Positions 18,852-28,186 of a stretch of DNA of 64,000 bases are shown here, piece by piece. The position numbers and the translations under genes are program-made. Each line of letters opens with the position of its first letter. Within the stretch, counting starts at the first letter, position 1. Source of the stretch: an uncultured Pseudomonadales bacterium (GTDB lineage Bacteria; Patescibacteriota; Microgenomatia; UBA1400; RBG-16-45-19); contig CAYYKL010000002.1 in NCBI GenBank assembly GCA_964441155.1, positions 58,414 to 122,413 on the forward strand, written 5' to 3'. The notes beneath the pieces are model-generated. The model had not been told where the DNA came from. It made no database searches and saw nothing but the letters and a program-made list of their open reading frames with translations.

Positions 18852-19493
18852 ATGTGTGGTCGCTATACCTTGGTTGATATAAAAAGTGTGCGTCGACGGT
18901 TTGGTATTGAGGAAGACTCTGCTGAATTTCAAGCATCGCTTAATATTACTCCCGGAACTGATCAACCCGTAGTAATTGAAAAAGATACTAAACGGATAAT
19001 CCAACCAATGCGTTGGGGGCTAGTTCCTCACTGGGCACAAGATGCAAAAATTGGCTATCGCTTGATCAATGCTCGAGCCGAGACGGTGGCCGAAAAACCA
19101 GCATTTCGAAAACCCATCGCCACGAATCGCTGCCTAATTCCAGCCAATGGATTTTATGAATGGCAAAAACAAACTCAAAAAAAGAAACCATATTATTTTA
19201 GCCTTGAAAAAAATGAGCTCATGGCGTTTGCTGGTATTTGGGATATGTGGGAAAATCCAACAGGAGAGCTCCTCTCGACCTATTCTATTCTCACCCGAAG
19301 TGCCGATGCTGTAGTGGCTCCTATTCATGACCGAATGCCGCTTATCCTAAACCAAGATCAGGAATCAGAGTGGCTCAACCCATTGACACCATTTGAGACA
19401 ATTAGACGAGTGTTGGAAAGCAAGAATCAAATACCCCTACGCGCTAGCGAAATAACAGTGCCTTTGCAAACTCTCGCGATAAAATCAAGCTAA
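18852..19493 (+). CDS. SOS-response-associated peptidase (SRAP/YedK/HMCES family, abasic-site processing)
   Basis: Begins MCGRY (invariant Cys2 nucleophile of SRAP). Further family-typical motifs are present (..WGLVPHW.., ..INARAET.., C-terminal His region). Start chosen at the ATG at 18852. Confidence 0.85.
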   Translation: MCGRYTLVDIKSVRRRFGIEEDSAEFQASLNITPGTDQPVVIEKDTKRIIQPMRWGLVPHWAQDAKIGYRLINARAETVAEKPAFRKPIATNRCLIPANGFYEWQKQTQKKKPYYFSLEKNELMAFAGIWDMWENPTGELLSTYSILTRSADAVVAPIHDRMPLILNQDQESEWLNPLTPFETIRRVLESKNQIPLRASEITVPLQTLAIKSS

Positions 19494-20762
19494 ATCCAAA
19501 AAAACATAGGCGATCCCTGCACCCACAAACGCCATGCTCATGCCCCACACAAGCAGTCCTTTGAATACTCTCTTGCGCTGCGCTTGAATCGGAATAGCAG
19601 CCAAAGCCAAAGCGCCCAGCGTGGACAGCGGACTGACATCCACCATATGCGAACCCACTGATACCGCGATGACCATGTCTACGAGCTCCATTATCCCCAT
19701 CTTGGCAGCTAAGCCTGGAATCAGTGGAATAAATGCTGGCATAACCACACCCGATGATGAGCTGAACGCAGAAATTAATCCAGTGATTCCCGCCAGAGCA
19801 GCGTTAATAAAATGAGGCTTGGTGACGGTAGCAATAATCGTGGTCGCCAAATCTAACCCCCCCGTTTTTTCCATCAAACCAATAAGTACGGCAATGCCAC
19901 ACACCATGAGCATCGTTGACCACGGAATTTCTTTGAGCACTTCTTCTGTATCACCTAGTTGAGCTATAACCATGACCACCGACGCAATAAGTGCTGCCAA
20001 CACTAAAGGAACTTCGAGCGCGGTCACGGCTAGAATCATTGCACCGATAATAAGAAGGGTGAGATAGTGAACTTTAGTTGCCTTGATGGGAGCAGCATGC
20101 ATAGAAACCGTTTCAGTCGGGACGCTCGATTTTCTACGTGAGCGACGAATCAAAAAGATTGCATACGCCACTCCAGCAGTAATTGCCTGCAACAAAGCGG
20201 CACTCACAAACACCACCCAACTTAAGGAGACTTCGGTTAATCCGATAGCTTGCATTAACCCCGATGCCACGATGCCCGTGGGTGCCAGTGGCGAAAGTGC
20301 ACCAGCATTAGCCCCGGTGCAAATCATGATTGCCATCAGTAAAAACGACAAACGATAGTTGGCTGCCATACTCATGGCAACTGAAGCCAATAGTGCCACG
20401 GCGGCAATATTTCCAGGGCCAATGGCAGACAAAAGGAAACTGGCCAAAAAGAATAATATAGGCAACAACAACATTCTCCCATGAATCAGTTGTACCAGTT
20501 TTTGCGTCAATAGCTCCAAGGTGCCATTGGCTTGAGCCATGCCAAACACCAAACAGACGACCAAAAGCAATACGAACAAGTCACTAGGGAAACTATTCAA
20601 GACTGCTTTTATGGAAAGGCTTCCAAACTGTTGTCCAATGAGCAGTGCCGCAATGAGAGCCAAAATTCCAGGATTTAATTTTGGCAGTATGCAACTGGCA
20701 ACAATAACCACAAAAAGCGCAAGTAGTGACAATGCAGCAACTGACATTGAAATCCTTTTCAA
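19485..20762 (-). CDS. Ion-transporter-superfamily permease (ArsB/NhaD/CitMHS-like anion permease)
   Basis: 425 aa and highly hydrophobic, with two internally similar halves of about 6 TM each typical of the IT superfamily. Confidence 0.4.
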   Translation of the reverse strand: MKRISMSVAALSLLALFVVIVASCILPKLNPGILALIAALLIGQQFGSLSIKAVLNSFPSDLFVLLLVVCLVFGMAQANGTLELLTQKLVQLIHGRMLLLPILFFLASFLLSAIGPGNIAAVALLASVAMSMAANYRLSFLLMAIMICTGANAGALSPLAPTGIVASGLMQAIGLTEVSLSWVVFVSAALLQAITAGVAYAIFLIRRSRRKSSVPTETVSMHAAPIKATKVHYLTLLIIGAMILAVTALEVPLVLAALIASVVMVIAQLGDTEEVLKEIPWSTMLMVCGIAVLIGLMEKTGGLDLATTIIATVTKPHFINAALAGITGLISAFSSSSGVVMPAFIPLIPGLAAKMGIMELVDMVIAVSVGSHMVDVSPLSTLGALALAAIPIQAQRKRVFKGLLVWGMSMAFVGAGIAYVFLDLA

Positions 20763-20781
20763 GAGGTGATTAAAGATTCGC

Positions 20782-21420
20782 CTATGCAGTGTAGCGATTG
20801 AGCAACGTCAGCGGTGTGCTTGCAGTCACTGACAATAAATGAAATTTGGGGATTAAGAAGCATTGCTCGCGTCGAAAACAGTCAGTTGTATGGTCATTAA
20901 TCATACCCACGGCTTGCATAAACGCATAGCAAATCGTTGGACCAACAAAGGTCATGCCACGCTCTTTCAATGAATTACTCATTGCATCTGACTCGCTGCT
21001 AGTTGCTGGATAATCCCCCAGCACTTTAATTGAGTGAACAATGGTTTTATGGTCAACAAAACTCCACAAGTAGTGAGAAAACGATGGTTCATTTTTTTGA
21101 ATTTCTAGAAAGACTCGAGCGTTTTTGACAATTGCATTCACTTTCAATCGATTGCGAATAATGCCTGGATTCTGGAGCAATGATTCAATTTTGGCAGCAT
21201 CGTAGTGCTGCACCACTTCAGGATCGAGATTATCAAACAAAGCAAAATAGTTATCGCGTTTTTTGAGAATGGTTGACCACGATAATCCCGCTTGCATACA
21301 ATCAAGCATGAGTTTGGCAAAAAGCGCTTTATCATTATGAACAGGCACGCCCCACTCCAAATCGTGATAAGCAATCATTTGGGGATCATCTCCGACCCAC
21401 GGACAACGAATGTGAGGCAT
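20782..21420 (-). CDS. tag: DNA-3-methyladenine glycosylase I
   Basis: N-terminal RCPWVGDDPQMIAYHDLEWGVP and HhH region; the zinc-ligand Cys/His pattern of Tag is present. Confidence 0.85.
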   Translation of the reverse strand: MPHIRCPWVGDDPQMIAYHDLEWGVPVHNDKALFAKLMLDCMQAGLSWSTILKKRDNYFALFDNLDPEVVQHYDAAKIESLLQNPGIIRNRLKVNAIVKNARVFLEIQKNEPSFSHYLWSFVDHKTIVHSIKVLGDYPATSSESDAMSNSLKERGMTFVGPTICYAFMQAVGMINDHTTDCFRREQCFLIPKFHLLSVTASTPLTLLNRYTA

Positions 21421-21425
21421 TTTAT

Positions 21426-21722
21426 TTACACCAAAAAATCAACAATAATAATATCTTCCAATATTGGGTAAAGGTATGAATTGCATAGCTCAATATGAGC
21501 AGCACTCACTAAAAAAGCATCTCGGGAAATTTCTGAATCAAAAGTCACTACTGCTCCATACGTATATCCTTTATCATCACCTTCCGTGCTAATATTTTTC
21601 CCAAATTCAATTGATTGAATTCCCTCAGTTGCTTCAAATTGTTTCCATGCAGAAAAGAATGCATTTATTTGTTTAGACTCTGAAGTATTTTTGAATTTAA
21701 ATAATAGAATTTGCTTAATCAT
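21426..21722 (-). CDS. Dabb (stress-responsive dimeric alpha+beta barrel) family protein
   Basis: 98 aa, starting MIKQILLFKFK... with the ferredoxin-like pattern of the Dabb family. Confidence 0.55.
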   Translation of the reverse strand: MIKQILLFKFKNTSESKQINAFFSAWKQFEATEGIQSIEFGKNISTEGDDKGYTYGAVVTFDSEISRDAFLVSAAHIELCNSYLYPILEDIIIVDFLV

Positions 21723-21724
21723 TG

Positions 21725-22927
21725 CTACTCCTTATTGTGTAATTTAGCGAGTAAGAAATTCGCTGGAATGAAAACGATCGTTAACAATGCCATTATTAAA
21801 AAGCTTGGAAATAACCCAAATGAATCGGCTGATTTCCCAAACAAAAATGCAACGAGGACATACACAAAATTACTGCAAAATGAAATAAATGAGGTGGCAG
21901 TTGCTCGACTCTCGCTTGTTATTCTTGCTTGCCAATCACTTTGCATAACGATTTCTCCAATAGCTTTGACTGTCCGTAGCAGCATGAAGCCAATTATCAC
22001 AGATGTAATCGAGCCGATACTAATCAGCGATAATAATCCAACAGACATTAAGGTTAAGGCGATGTAAATAGTACTGTTAGAGATATGTTTTATTCGATGA
22101 ACAAGTAACCCACCAAGTGCAAAAAAGAGCATTTCTAAAAATGCCAATATGCCAATTAGCTGAAAAGAAATATTTAACTGATTCAGTGACACGGTGAAAT
22201 ACTCGGTAATAACTTTATAGACAAGCATCGTGGTGATGCTATAAAGCAATATTCTTTTGAGCGAAATTGATTTAACAATTTGATGTAAAGCCTCTTTGAA
22301 AATACTTGCGAATTTGAGCTCATTGCTTTGGGTCAAATGTGCCGGCTCTCGCATAAATAGTATTGGAATAATTCCTAAGAACCCAATTACTAATGAACCG
22401 ATGAGATTGGATTCTACAGATATCTGAGTTAAAAATCCTGCAAGCAATACTCCGAGTCCCAATCCAATTTCTCGCGATACGGCACCGATAGTGAGCAGGA
22501 TTGAGAAATTAGTTTCTGCTCCGTTTTCTTTCAAGAAATCATACACCAATGCCTCCTCAGCACCAGACATGAATGACTCATTAATAGCCCACATCATCAT
22601 TCCTGCCATAAACCCCCAAAAGCTGGGAAAAGCGATGAAAAAAATGAGTCCTCCCAAAAAAGCACATTTACTAATTAAAAGCGTGTTTCTTCGTCCCCAT
22701 AGATCCGCAGCTATTCCACTAGGGATTTCGAGGATGAGTATTCCTAATGACCAGGCACCCAAAAGCAGTGAAACTTGAGTGAACGACATGCCTTTTTCTA
22801 TGAAGTAGATATTCTGTATGAGCCAAAAGAAATTGAAATACCACAAGAACCGAGATAGAGAAAAAAGCATCGCAAAGGATTTGATATTTCGAGGTAATTT
22901 GAGGAATCTTGCTACACTTTTTTTCAC
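21725..22927 (-). CDS. MFS transporter
   Basis: 400 aa, about 12 TM; loop motif GIAADLWGRRNTLL between TM2 and TM3. Confidence 0.7.
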   Translation of the reverse strand: MKKSVARFLKLPRNIKSFAMLFSLSRFLWYFNFFWLIQNIYFIEKGMSFTQVSLLLGAWSLGILILEIPSGIAADLWGRRNTLLISKCAFLGGLIFFIAFPSFWGFMAGMMMWAINESFMSGAEEALVYDFLKENGAETNFSILLTIGAVSREIGLGLGVLLAGFLTQISVESNLIGSLVIGFLGIIPILFMREPAHLTQSNELKFASIFKEALHQIVKSISLKRILLYSITTMLVYKVITEYFTVSLNQLNISFQLIGILAFLEMLFFALGGLLVHRIKHISNSTIYIALTLMSVGLLSLISIGSITSVIIGFMLLRTVKAIGEIVMQSDWQARITSESRATATSFISFCSNFVYVLVAFLFGKSADSFGLFPSFLIMALLTIVFIPANFLLAKLHNKE

Positions 22928-22944
22928 AATTTCTCAGCTTTGCA

Positions 22945-23598
22945 TTATCGAAGTATTTCTTTTATGAATTCATACATTCGATCAGCCACGATTGGATGTG
23001 ATTCGGGCTCCAAATGCACGCCATCAAATTCTCCTGGCTGAACAATAGAAGCAAGATCCAAAAAGTCACACTGAAATTCTCTAGCAATCTGCTCATACAC
23101 TGTTGCTAATTGCCTGGATTTTTTTTCTGCACCCGCAAATTGCGTGCCCGAACCTAGGTTAGTTTCAATAACCAAAGGCGGACCAATAAGCAAAATCTGT
23201 GATTGATTTCCTTGAGCGTCTTTGGCAATTGCTTGAATGAGTTCGATATTTTTCTTTAGACCTGCACCCACTTCAACTGGCGTACGGTTGAATCTCGACT
23301 TCAGGTCGTTGGTGCCCAGCCAGAGGATAACCACGTCCAGAGGGCTATGGGTTTCAAGACACGGGCGCAAATACTCCAAACCATTTCGACCCGGAAACTC
23401 CGGATCATCATCTTCAAAGTCCGTGGTGCGCCCACGCAATCCCTCTTCGATTATTTCGTGAGTCTCGCCCAGTTTTTCTTGCAATAAACCAGCCCAGCGA
23501 ATGTTTGAGGGATAGCGGGTGACACTTTTGCCACTTCTGCCCCAAGTGTTTGAATCGCCATAGCAAAGAATTCGTATTGCGCGTGGGTTTGGGTTCAT
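22945..23598 (-). CDS. SGNH/GDSL-family hydrolase (arylesterase/lipase-like)
   Basis: Block I ILCYGDSNTWG (GDSxT with catalytic Ser), block III GTND, block V DGVHL (catalytic Asp/His). Confidence 0.8.
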   Translation of the reverse strand: MNPNPRAIRILCYGDSNTWGRSGKSVTRYPSNIRWAGLLQEKLGETHEIIEEGLRGRTTDFEDDDPEFPGRNGLEYLRPCLETHSPLDVVILWLGTNDLKSRFNRTPVEVGAGLKKNIELIQAIAKDAQGNQSQILLIGPPLVIETNLGSGTQFAGAEKKSRQLATVYEQIAREFQCDFLDLASIVQPGEFDGVHLEPESHPIVADRMYEFIKEILR

Positions 23599-23669
23599 AT
23601 GATGTTATTTTGTTTGTGATTGCACAAGTTCTCGGCCGATTGGCCTCGAACAGTATTTCCAAATAATAC

Positions 23670-24365
23670 TTATTCTGAAATATGTCGAACCCCAATATCT
23701 GGATAAACGACGTTAACCGGCGTATCCAACAAAAATGCCACTAATCTGGCTACCTCTTCAGTTTCGATTGCATTCTCCATTTGCTTAGGGTTTCCAGCCC
23801 GCTCAAACAATTTGGTATTCATTTTGCCCGGGAATAGTCCAGTCACGGCAATGCCATGTTGCTTCAGATCATCTGCCAAAGATTTGGTGAACCCCGTCAC
23901 ACCCCACTTCGAGGCGTAATACACACTGCGCTCTGGTTTATGACTTAATCCCGCTTGCGAGCTCACATTGATTATCAAGCCGAAATGTTGTTGTTTCATA
24001 ATAGACACTACGGCCTTGGTTGCATACATTATGCCTAAAAGATTTACTTCCAACACTTCACGCATATATTCTGGATCATTTGATTCAAGCTCTCCCTCAA
24101 TCCACAATCCTGCGCAATTTATAAGCACATCAATATGCTTGTGGTTTTCGATAACCTGATTGACTGCCTGCTGAATTGAAGAAAATTCGCGAACATCGGC
24201 AACAACCGATTCCACTCCCAATTCATGGGCAACTGCATCTACCTTTTGAGCATTTGCGGACGAAATAATGACGCTATGATTCGGCGATAGTGTTTTGGCA
24301 ATTGCTTTGCCCAAGCCATCGGTGCCCCCCGTAATCAGGACTACTTTTCTTGATTGTTCGCTCAT
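23670..24365 (-). CDS. Short-chain dehydrogenase/reductase (SDR)
   Basis: Cofactor motif ITGGTDGLGKAIA and catalytic YxxxK (YYASK). Start placed at the ATG at 24365, preceded by GGAGG 6 nt upstream. Confidence 0.8.
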   Translation of the reverse strand: MSEQSRKVVLITGGTDGLGKAIAKTLSPNHSVIISSANAQKVDAVAHELGVESVVADVREFSSIQQAVNQVIENHKHIDVLINCAGLWIEGELESNDPEYMREVLEVNLLGIMYATKAVVSIMKQQHFGLIINVSSQAGLSHKPERSVYYASKWGVTGFTKSLADDLKQHGIAVTGLFPGKMNTKLFERAGNPKQMENAIETEEVARLVAFLLDTPVNVVYPDIGVRHISE

Positions 24366-24386
24366 TTTTTCCTCCATATACAAGTA

Positions 24387-24779
24387 TTACTTGTTGCCTA
24401 TGATTTGTATCAGGTTTCCATCCAGATCATACATCGTAGCGAAATATTTATCGAACGTCGGTGCTTTGAATGGAGTGGCCAAGAATTTCACACCTTTTGA
24501 AAGTAATAGTTCGTAGGCTTGAGTGACGGAGTCAACATTGATGTTGAACATATGGCGGTGAAGATCAGAATTTTTACCATGGACTTGCGAATGCTGACCG
24601 ATCCAAAGCCAAGTGTCGCCTTGCGGAAATGCAAATAAAACTCCAGTGTCTTGGGGGTGATCCAATTCTTCTACCACTTTGAGTTCAAAGTTTGTTTGGT
24701 ACCAATTCGCAAGCTTTCGAAAATCCTCGGACCAAATGAGAATGGTAGAAATTTTTTGAAACATATTTGCATGCTCCAC
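24387..24779 (-). CDS. VOC/glyoxalase-family protein
   Basis: 130 aa with the paired beta-alpha-beta-beta-beta module pattern of the VOC fold; weak motif-level call. Confidence 0.45.
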   Translation of the reverse strand: MEHANMFQKISTILIWSEDFRKLANWYQTNFELKVVEELDHPQDTGVLFAFPQGDTWLWIGQHSQVHGKNSDLHRHMFNINVDSVTQAYELLLSKGVKFLATPFKAPTFDKYFATMYDLDGNLIQIIGNK

Positions 24780-24785
24780 TAATAA

Positions 24786-25424
24786 TTAGTTTATATTTAT
24801 TAAATCTAAAGCATCGAATTGTTTTTCGATCAATTCATCGTTAATCGATTCTAAGTCCAACGCGCACATTTTTTGGATTTGTTGCTCGATGATTTTACAC
24901 TCTTGATGATAACGCTCTAATTCATTTTTCTCATGAGGATATCTTTTTTTGAGGTCTTCAAATCGCTGATCAACGGAAAGGATGCCATGGAGTCCAATGC
25001 GCATGTCGGAGTAATAGCAAATTTTCTCGTGCCAGAAATCTCCATCGTTATACTTATGCATTGCCTCGCCATGGCTGTTTTCACATAATTGAGCGATTTG
25101 ATCGTCTGATGAAATTTCTTTAACTATTTGAAGTGTGGCTTTGTCTGCGTCATTGCCATATTTTCGAATAAAATTTTCTTGAGTGACTTTATATGACTCA
25201 ACCTTTTCACTATCTTCAGGTGCAAACATCGAAGTATTTTTGAAGTTAAATTTAATGATGTTTCCCATGTCATGAAGGAGGAGCGTTTTGATGATGAGGT
25301 CAGCATCAATTACTTGAGAAGTGCTATTGTCGCAAATAATTTTGCCAACTGCAGCCACTCGAAGCATATGCAATTGCAAATTCTCAGGAATGTCGTATTG
25401 CTCGTAAATATTTAAAATGTTCAT
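24786..25424 (-). CDS. HD-domain phosphohydrolase
   Basis: His...HD metal-binding motif (LHMLRVAA ... LLLHDMGNI). Confidence 0.6.
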   Translation of the reverse strand: MNILNIYEQYDIPENLQLHMLRVAAVGKIICDNSTSQVIDADLIIKTLLLHDMGNIIKFNFKNTSMFAPEDSEKVESYKVTQENFIRKYGNDADKATLQIVKEISSDDQIAQLCENSHGEAMHKYNDGDFWHEKICYYSDMRIGLHGILSVDQRFEDLKKRYPHEKNELERYHQECKIIEQQIQKMCALDLESINDELIEKQFDALDLININ

Positions 25425-25449
25425 AAAATAATACCCATAACCGATTTGC

Positions 25450-26073
25450 TCAGATTTCTAACCACCGCTCTTCCCCTAACCAGGTAATTGTGTCATTAAC
25501 TTTCGTTATTACTTCTCCATCTTTGAGAAGAGCAAGTCTCCCCTTGTGCCAATGCTTTTCTATCTCTGGCAAGAATTCTTCCTGATAATGGGGATAAATT
25601 TCAAAATCGATCAATCCTAAGCCAGGAATCAACTCCGCGCCCGGTTCAGGTTCGCGTAGATACCAATCTGATGCACTTTGTGTGTGGGAACATGCCATGC
25701 TGCCAGCACTTGAACCGACATAAACAAGTCCTTTATCTAAGAGATTTGGCAATTTTTGTGCAAGACCACACCGACGCATCCAATAAAGCAGATAACCGGT
25801 GAAGCCTCCGGCAATCCACAGAATATCTGCTGATTTAATTGTTTGAAGCACATCACGCTGCTGGAAGTCTTCCAACTCAACAATGGTGAATTTTGGAAAA
25901 AGTGGCTTAATCACTTGAATTGATTCGCTCGCTTTCCAAGCTCCATAGAACTCGCCATTTGCAGCGGTAACCACATAGGCAACTTTTTTATCCGATAATT
26001 TGCCATCGACAAATGTTTTGAGTTTTTCAATCGTTTTGGGATGCTTGCCTTCTGAGGAGAGAAAAATTTTCAT
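25450..26073 (-). CDS. Peptidase S51 (dipeptidase E-like / class I glutamine amidotransferase-like) family protein
   Basis: ILWIAGGFTG ... YVGSSAGSMA nucleophile-elbow pattern typical of the S51 family. Confidence 0.55.
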   Translation of the reverse strand: MKIFLSSEGKHPKTIEKLKTFVDGKLSDKKVAYVVTAANGEFYGAWKASESIQVIKPLFPKFTIVELEDFQQRDVLQTIKSADILWIAGGFTGYLLYWMRRCGLAQKLPNLLDKGLVYVGSSAGSMACSHTQSASDWYLREPEPGAELIPGLGLIDFEIYPHYQEEFLPEIEKHWHKGRLALLKDGEVITKVNDTITWLGEERWLEI

Positions 26074-26816
26074 ATAATTTTCTCAATTGTATCAAGCAAT
26101 TTTAGACGATGTGGTGGATGAAAATCATGACTGCCATCGATTTCCGTATAGTTTCCTTTCAGTAACTGCTGCAATCCACTATAGTCTTCATCGATAATTA
26201 CTTGATCTTGCAACGGTCGAATCGCGAACAATTTTGTTTGAGCAAAAAGATCGTTATACAGTTCTTGAGGTTTGATAGTCTTTATCTCCGACCAAAACTC
26301 TGGAGGAATATAGGTCCAACTACCATCAGAGCGCTCAATAACACTTTCTTTGTTTTCATCAATACGAGAACCCGGACGCTTGGAAAAATAATCAATCAGA
26401 CGTTTATATGGTGAAGTTGTAGGGGGTGCCAGCAATACAGTCTTTTGAATATTTTTTGGCTGTAGCAACCCAACAACTACGCATCCCATGGAATGAGCAA
26501 TGAGAGAGGTGTTCTCGGGTGAAAAAAGCACGGTAAATTTTTCGATAACTTGACTAAGCATGCGTGACTGCATTGAGCACGGCAGCACATACGTTGCGTT
26601 TTCATCGATGCTAATACGGTTATAGTCAAACCGGACCACAATCGAGCGATCTTTGATTGTGTCACCAATTTCGTTAAACATGCCCCATGAATCACGCTTC
26701 ACGCCAAACCCATGTGAAAAAATTACCAGCCGTTTTGCGTTTTCATTACCTTCATATTCACCTTTAATAGCAAAATTATCAGCAAAAGGAATGTTGAACT
26801 GCGTAAGTGAAGTCAT
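26070..26816 (-). CDS. Alpha/beta hydrolase
   Basis: HGFG oxyanion region and nucleophile elbow LIAHSMGC (GxSxG); 248 aa. Confidence 0.65.
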   Translation of the reverse strand: MTSLTQFNIPFADNFAIKGEYEGNENAKRLVIFSHGFGVKRDSWGMFNEIGDTIKDRSIVVRFDYNRISIDENATYVLPCSMQSRMLSQVIEKFTVLFSPENTSLIAHSMGCVVVGLLQPKNIQKTVLLAPPTTSPYKRLIDYFSKRPGSRIDENKESVIERSDGSWTYIPPEFWSEIKTIKPQELYNDLFAQTKLFAIRPLQDQVIIDEDYSGLQQLLKGNYTEIDGSHDFHPPHRLKLLDTIEKII

Positions 26817-26908
26817 CTCTGACCGATTATATCAGTGCATTCGAATCTAATTGTTTTGCATTTTAAACATAATTGTATTAACAACCCAATCTGGATATAC
26901 TAACCCAT

Positions 26909-27655
26909 ATGATTAGCTTAGTGTTTTATTCACTTATTGCAGGATTGATTTCGCTCAGTGGAGCAGCACTTCTCTTATGGCGCCGCTCATTCTCTCCTAA
27001 ACTGTTAACCGGGTTACTTTCATTCGCGGCTGGAACATTTTTATCGACCGTTTTTTTTGAAATGCTTCCTGAAGCGGTTGAAGCGGTGACTGAGCCACAC
27101 TCCATTTTCATGTTTGTTCTAGCAGGATTTGCGAGCTTTTTTGTTCTAGAACGCTTGAGTATGCGCTTTGTGGTTGCTTCATCCAAACATGACCATGCCG
27201 ATCACACTGAATCGTTGCCACTATTAATGATTATCGGCGATAGCATTCATAATTTTATCGATGGCATTGTGCTCTCACTTGCCTATCTAACTAACCCCGC
27301 CCTTGCGCTTCCAACTGCACTTGCGATTGCCACGCACGAAATTCCACAAGAAGTTGGCGACGCGGTAGTTTTTTTGAAACTTGGATGGAATAAAAAACGA
27401 ATTCTAATCCTCAATATTTATCAATCCTTACTCACCGTTCCCGGAGTATTCATCGGCTTATGGTTTGGCAACATGTTTGAAACAGCACTGTCTTATTTAT
27501 TAGCTGTGGCCGCCGGCATCTTTTTATATATTGCCGCTTCAGATCTTATTCCTGAAATTCATCACTCAACGGGACATAAAAATGTAGCAATCGCGGTGGT
27601 ACCGTTTGTGGGGGCGATTTGCTTTATGTATGTGCTCCTGCGATTGACCCACTAA
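26909..27655 (+). CDS. zupT: ZIP-family zinc/iron permease (ZupT-like)
   Basis: About 8 TM and the ZIP signatures HNFIDG and HEIPQEVGD. Confidence 0.8.
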   Translation: MISLVFYSLIAGLISLSGAALLLWRRSFSPKLLTGLLSFAAGTFLSTVFFEMLPEAVEAVTEPHSIFMFVLAGFASFFVLERLSMRFVVASSKHDHADHTESLPLLMIIGDSIHNFIDGIVLSLAYLTNPALALPTALAIATHEIPQEVGDAVVFLKLGWNKKRILILNIYQSLLTVPGVFIGLWFGNMFETALSYLLAVAAGIFLYIAASDLIPEIHHSTGHKNVAIAVVPFVGAICFMYVLLRLTH

Positions 27656-27683
27656 GACCATTTGTGATCTATCTCACTGCGCG

Positions 27684-28184
27684 TTGCAGGTAACGCCTGT
27701 CACAATCCCAGGCATGAGATTTCTTCAAGAAGCTAGACAAAAACTATTCGGTCACCCGCATGAATGCCCACCAGATTGCCAAGGCTGCACGGAATTTTTA
27801 AATAGGATTTCAGAAAATCACCCAGAGGCAATTCGATTAAGATTTCTTACGCCCAGAGTGGAAGCAACTTCATTAGGTCCAATTAGGGCATGTGTAAAAG
27901 ATGAGCGGGGCATAACCGCTGCAATTTGCGATGCAGCTATTGAAGGCAGAAGTGCAGAAATTGGTATCTTAAAAGATCCAGACATTCCTCTTCGAGGCGC
28001 GGCGGATATGGCTTTTAGTCTAATGGTTCCAAAATTAAAAGAGTTGGGCGCTCGAGAAGCATATGGTTATGTGGTCAAAGATAATTTTTCTTCGCAAAAT
28101 TTCTTAGCTCGAAATGGTTTCACGCCAAATATTGATGAATTGGATGGAACTCGAGGATATGATACATGGAGCAGAGAGTTATAA
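27684..28184 (+). CDS. GNAT-like acetyltransferase (tentative) with N-terminal Cys-rich segment
   Basis: C-terminal region (...RGAADMAFSLM...GAREAYGYVVKDNFSSQNFLARNGF) resembles GNAT motifs A/B. The N-terminus has HECPPDCQGC. Confidence 0.3.
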   Translation: MQVTPVTIPGMRFLQEARQKLFGHPHECPPDCQGCTEFLNRISENHPEAIRLRFLTPRVEATSLGPIRACVKDERGITAAICDAAIEGRSAEIGILKDPDIPLRGAADMAFSLMVPKLKELGAREAYGYVVKDNFSSQNFLARNGFTPNIDELDGTRGYDTWSREL

Positions 28185-28186
28185 AA

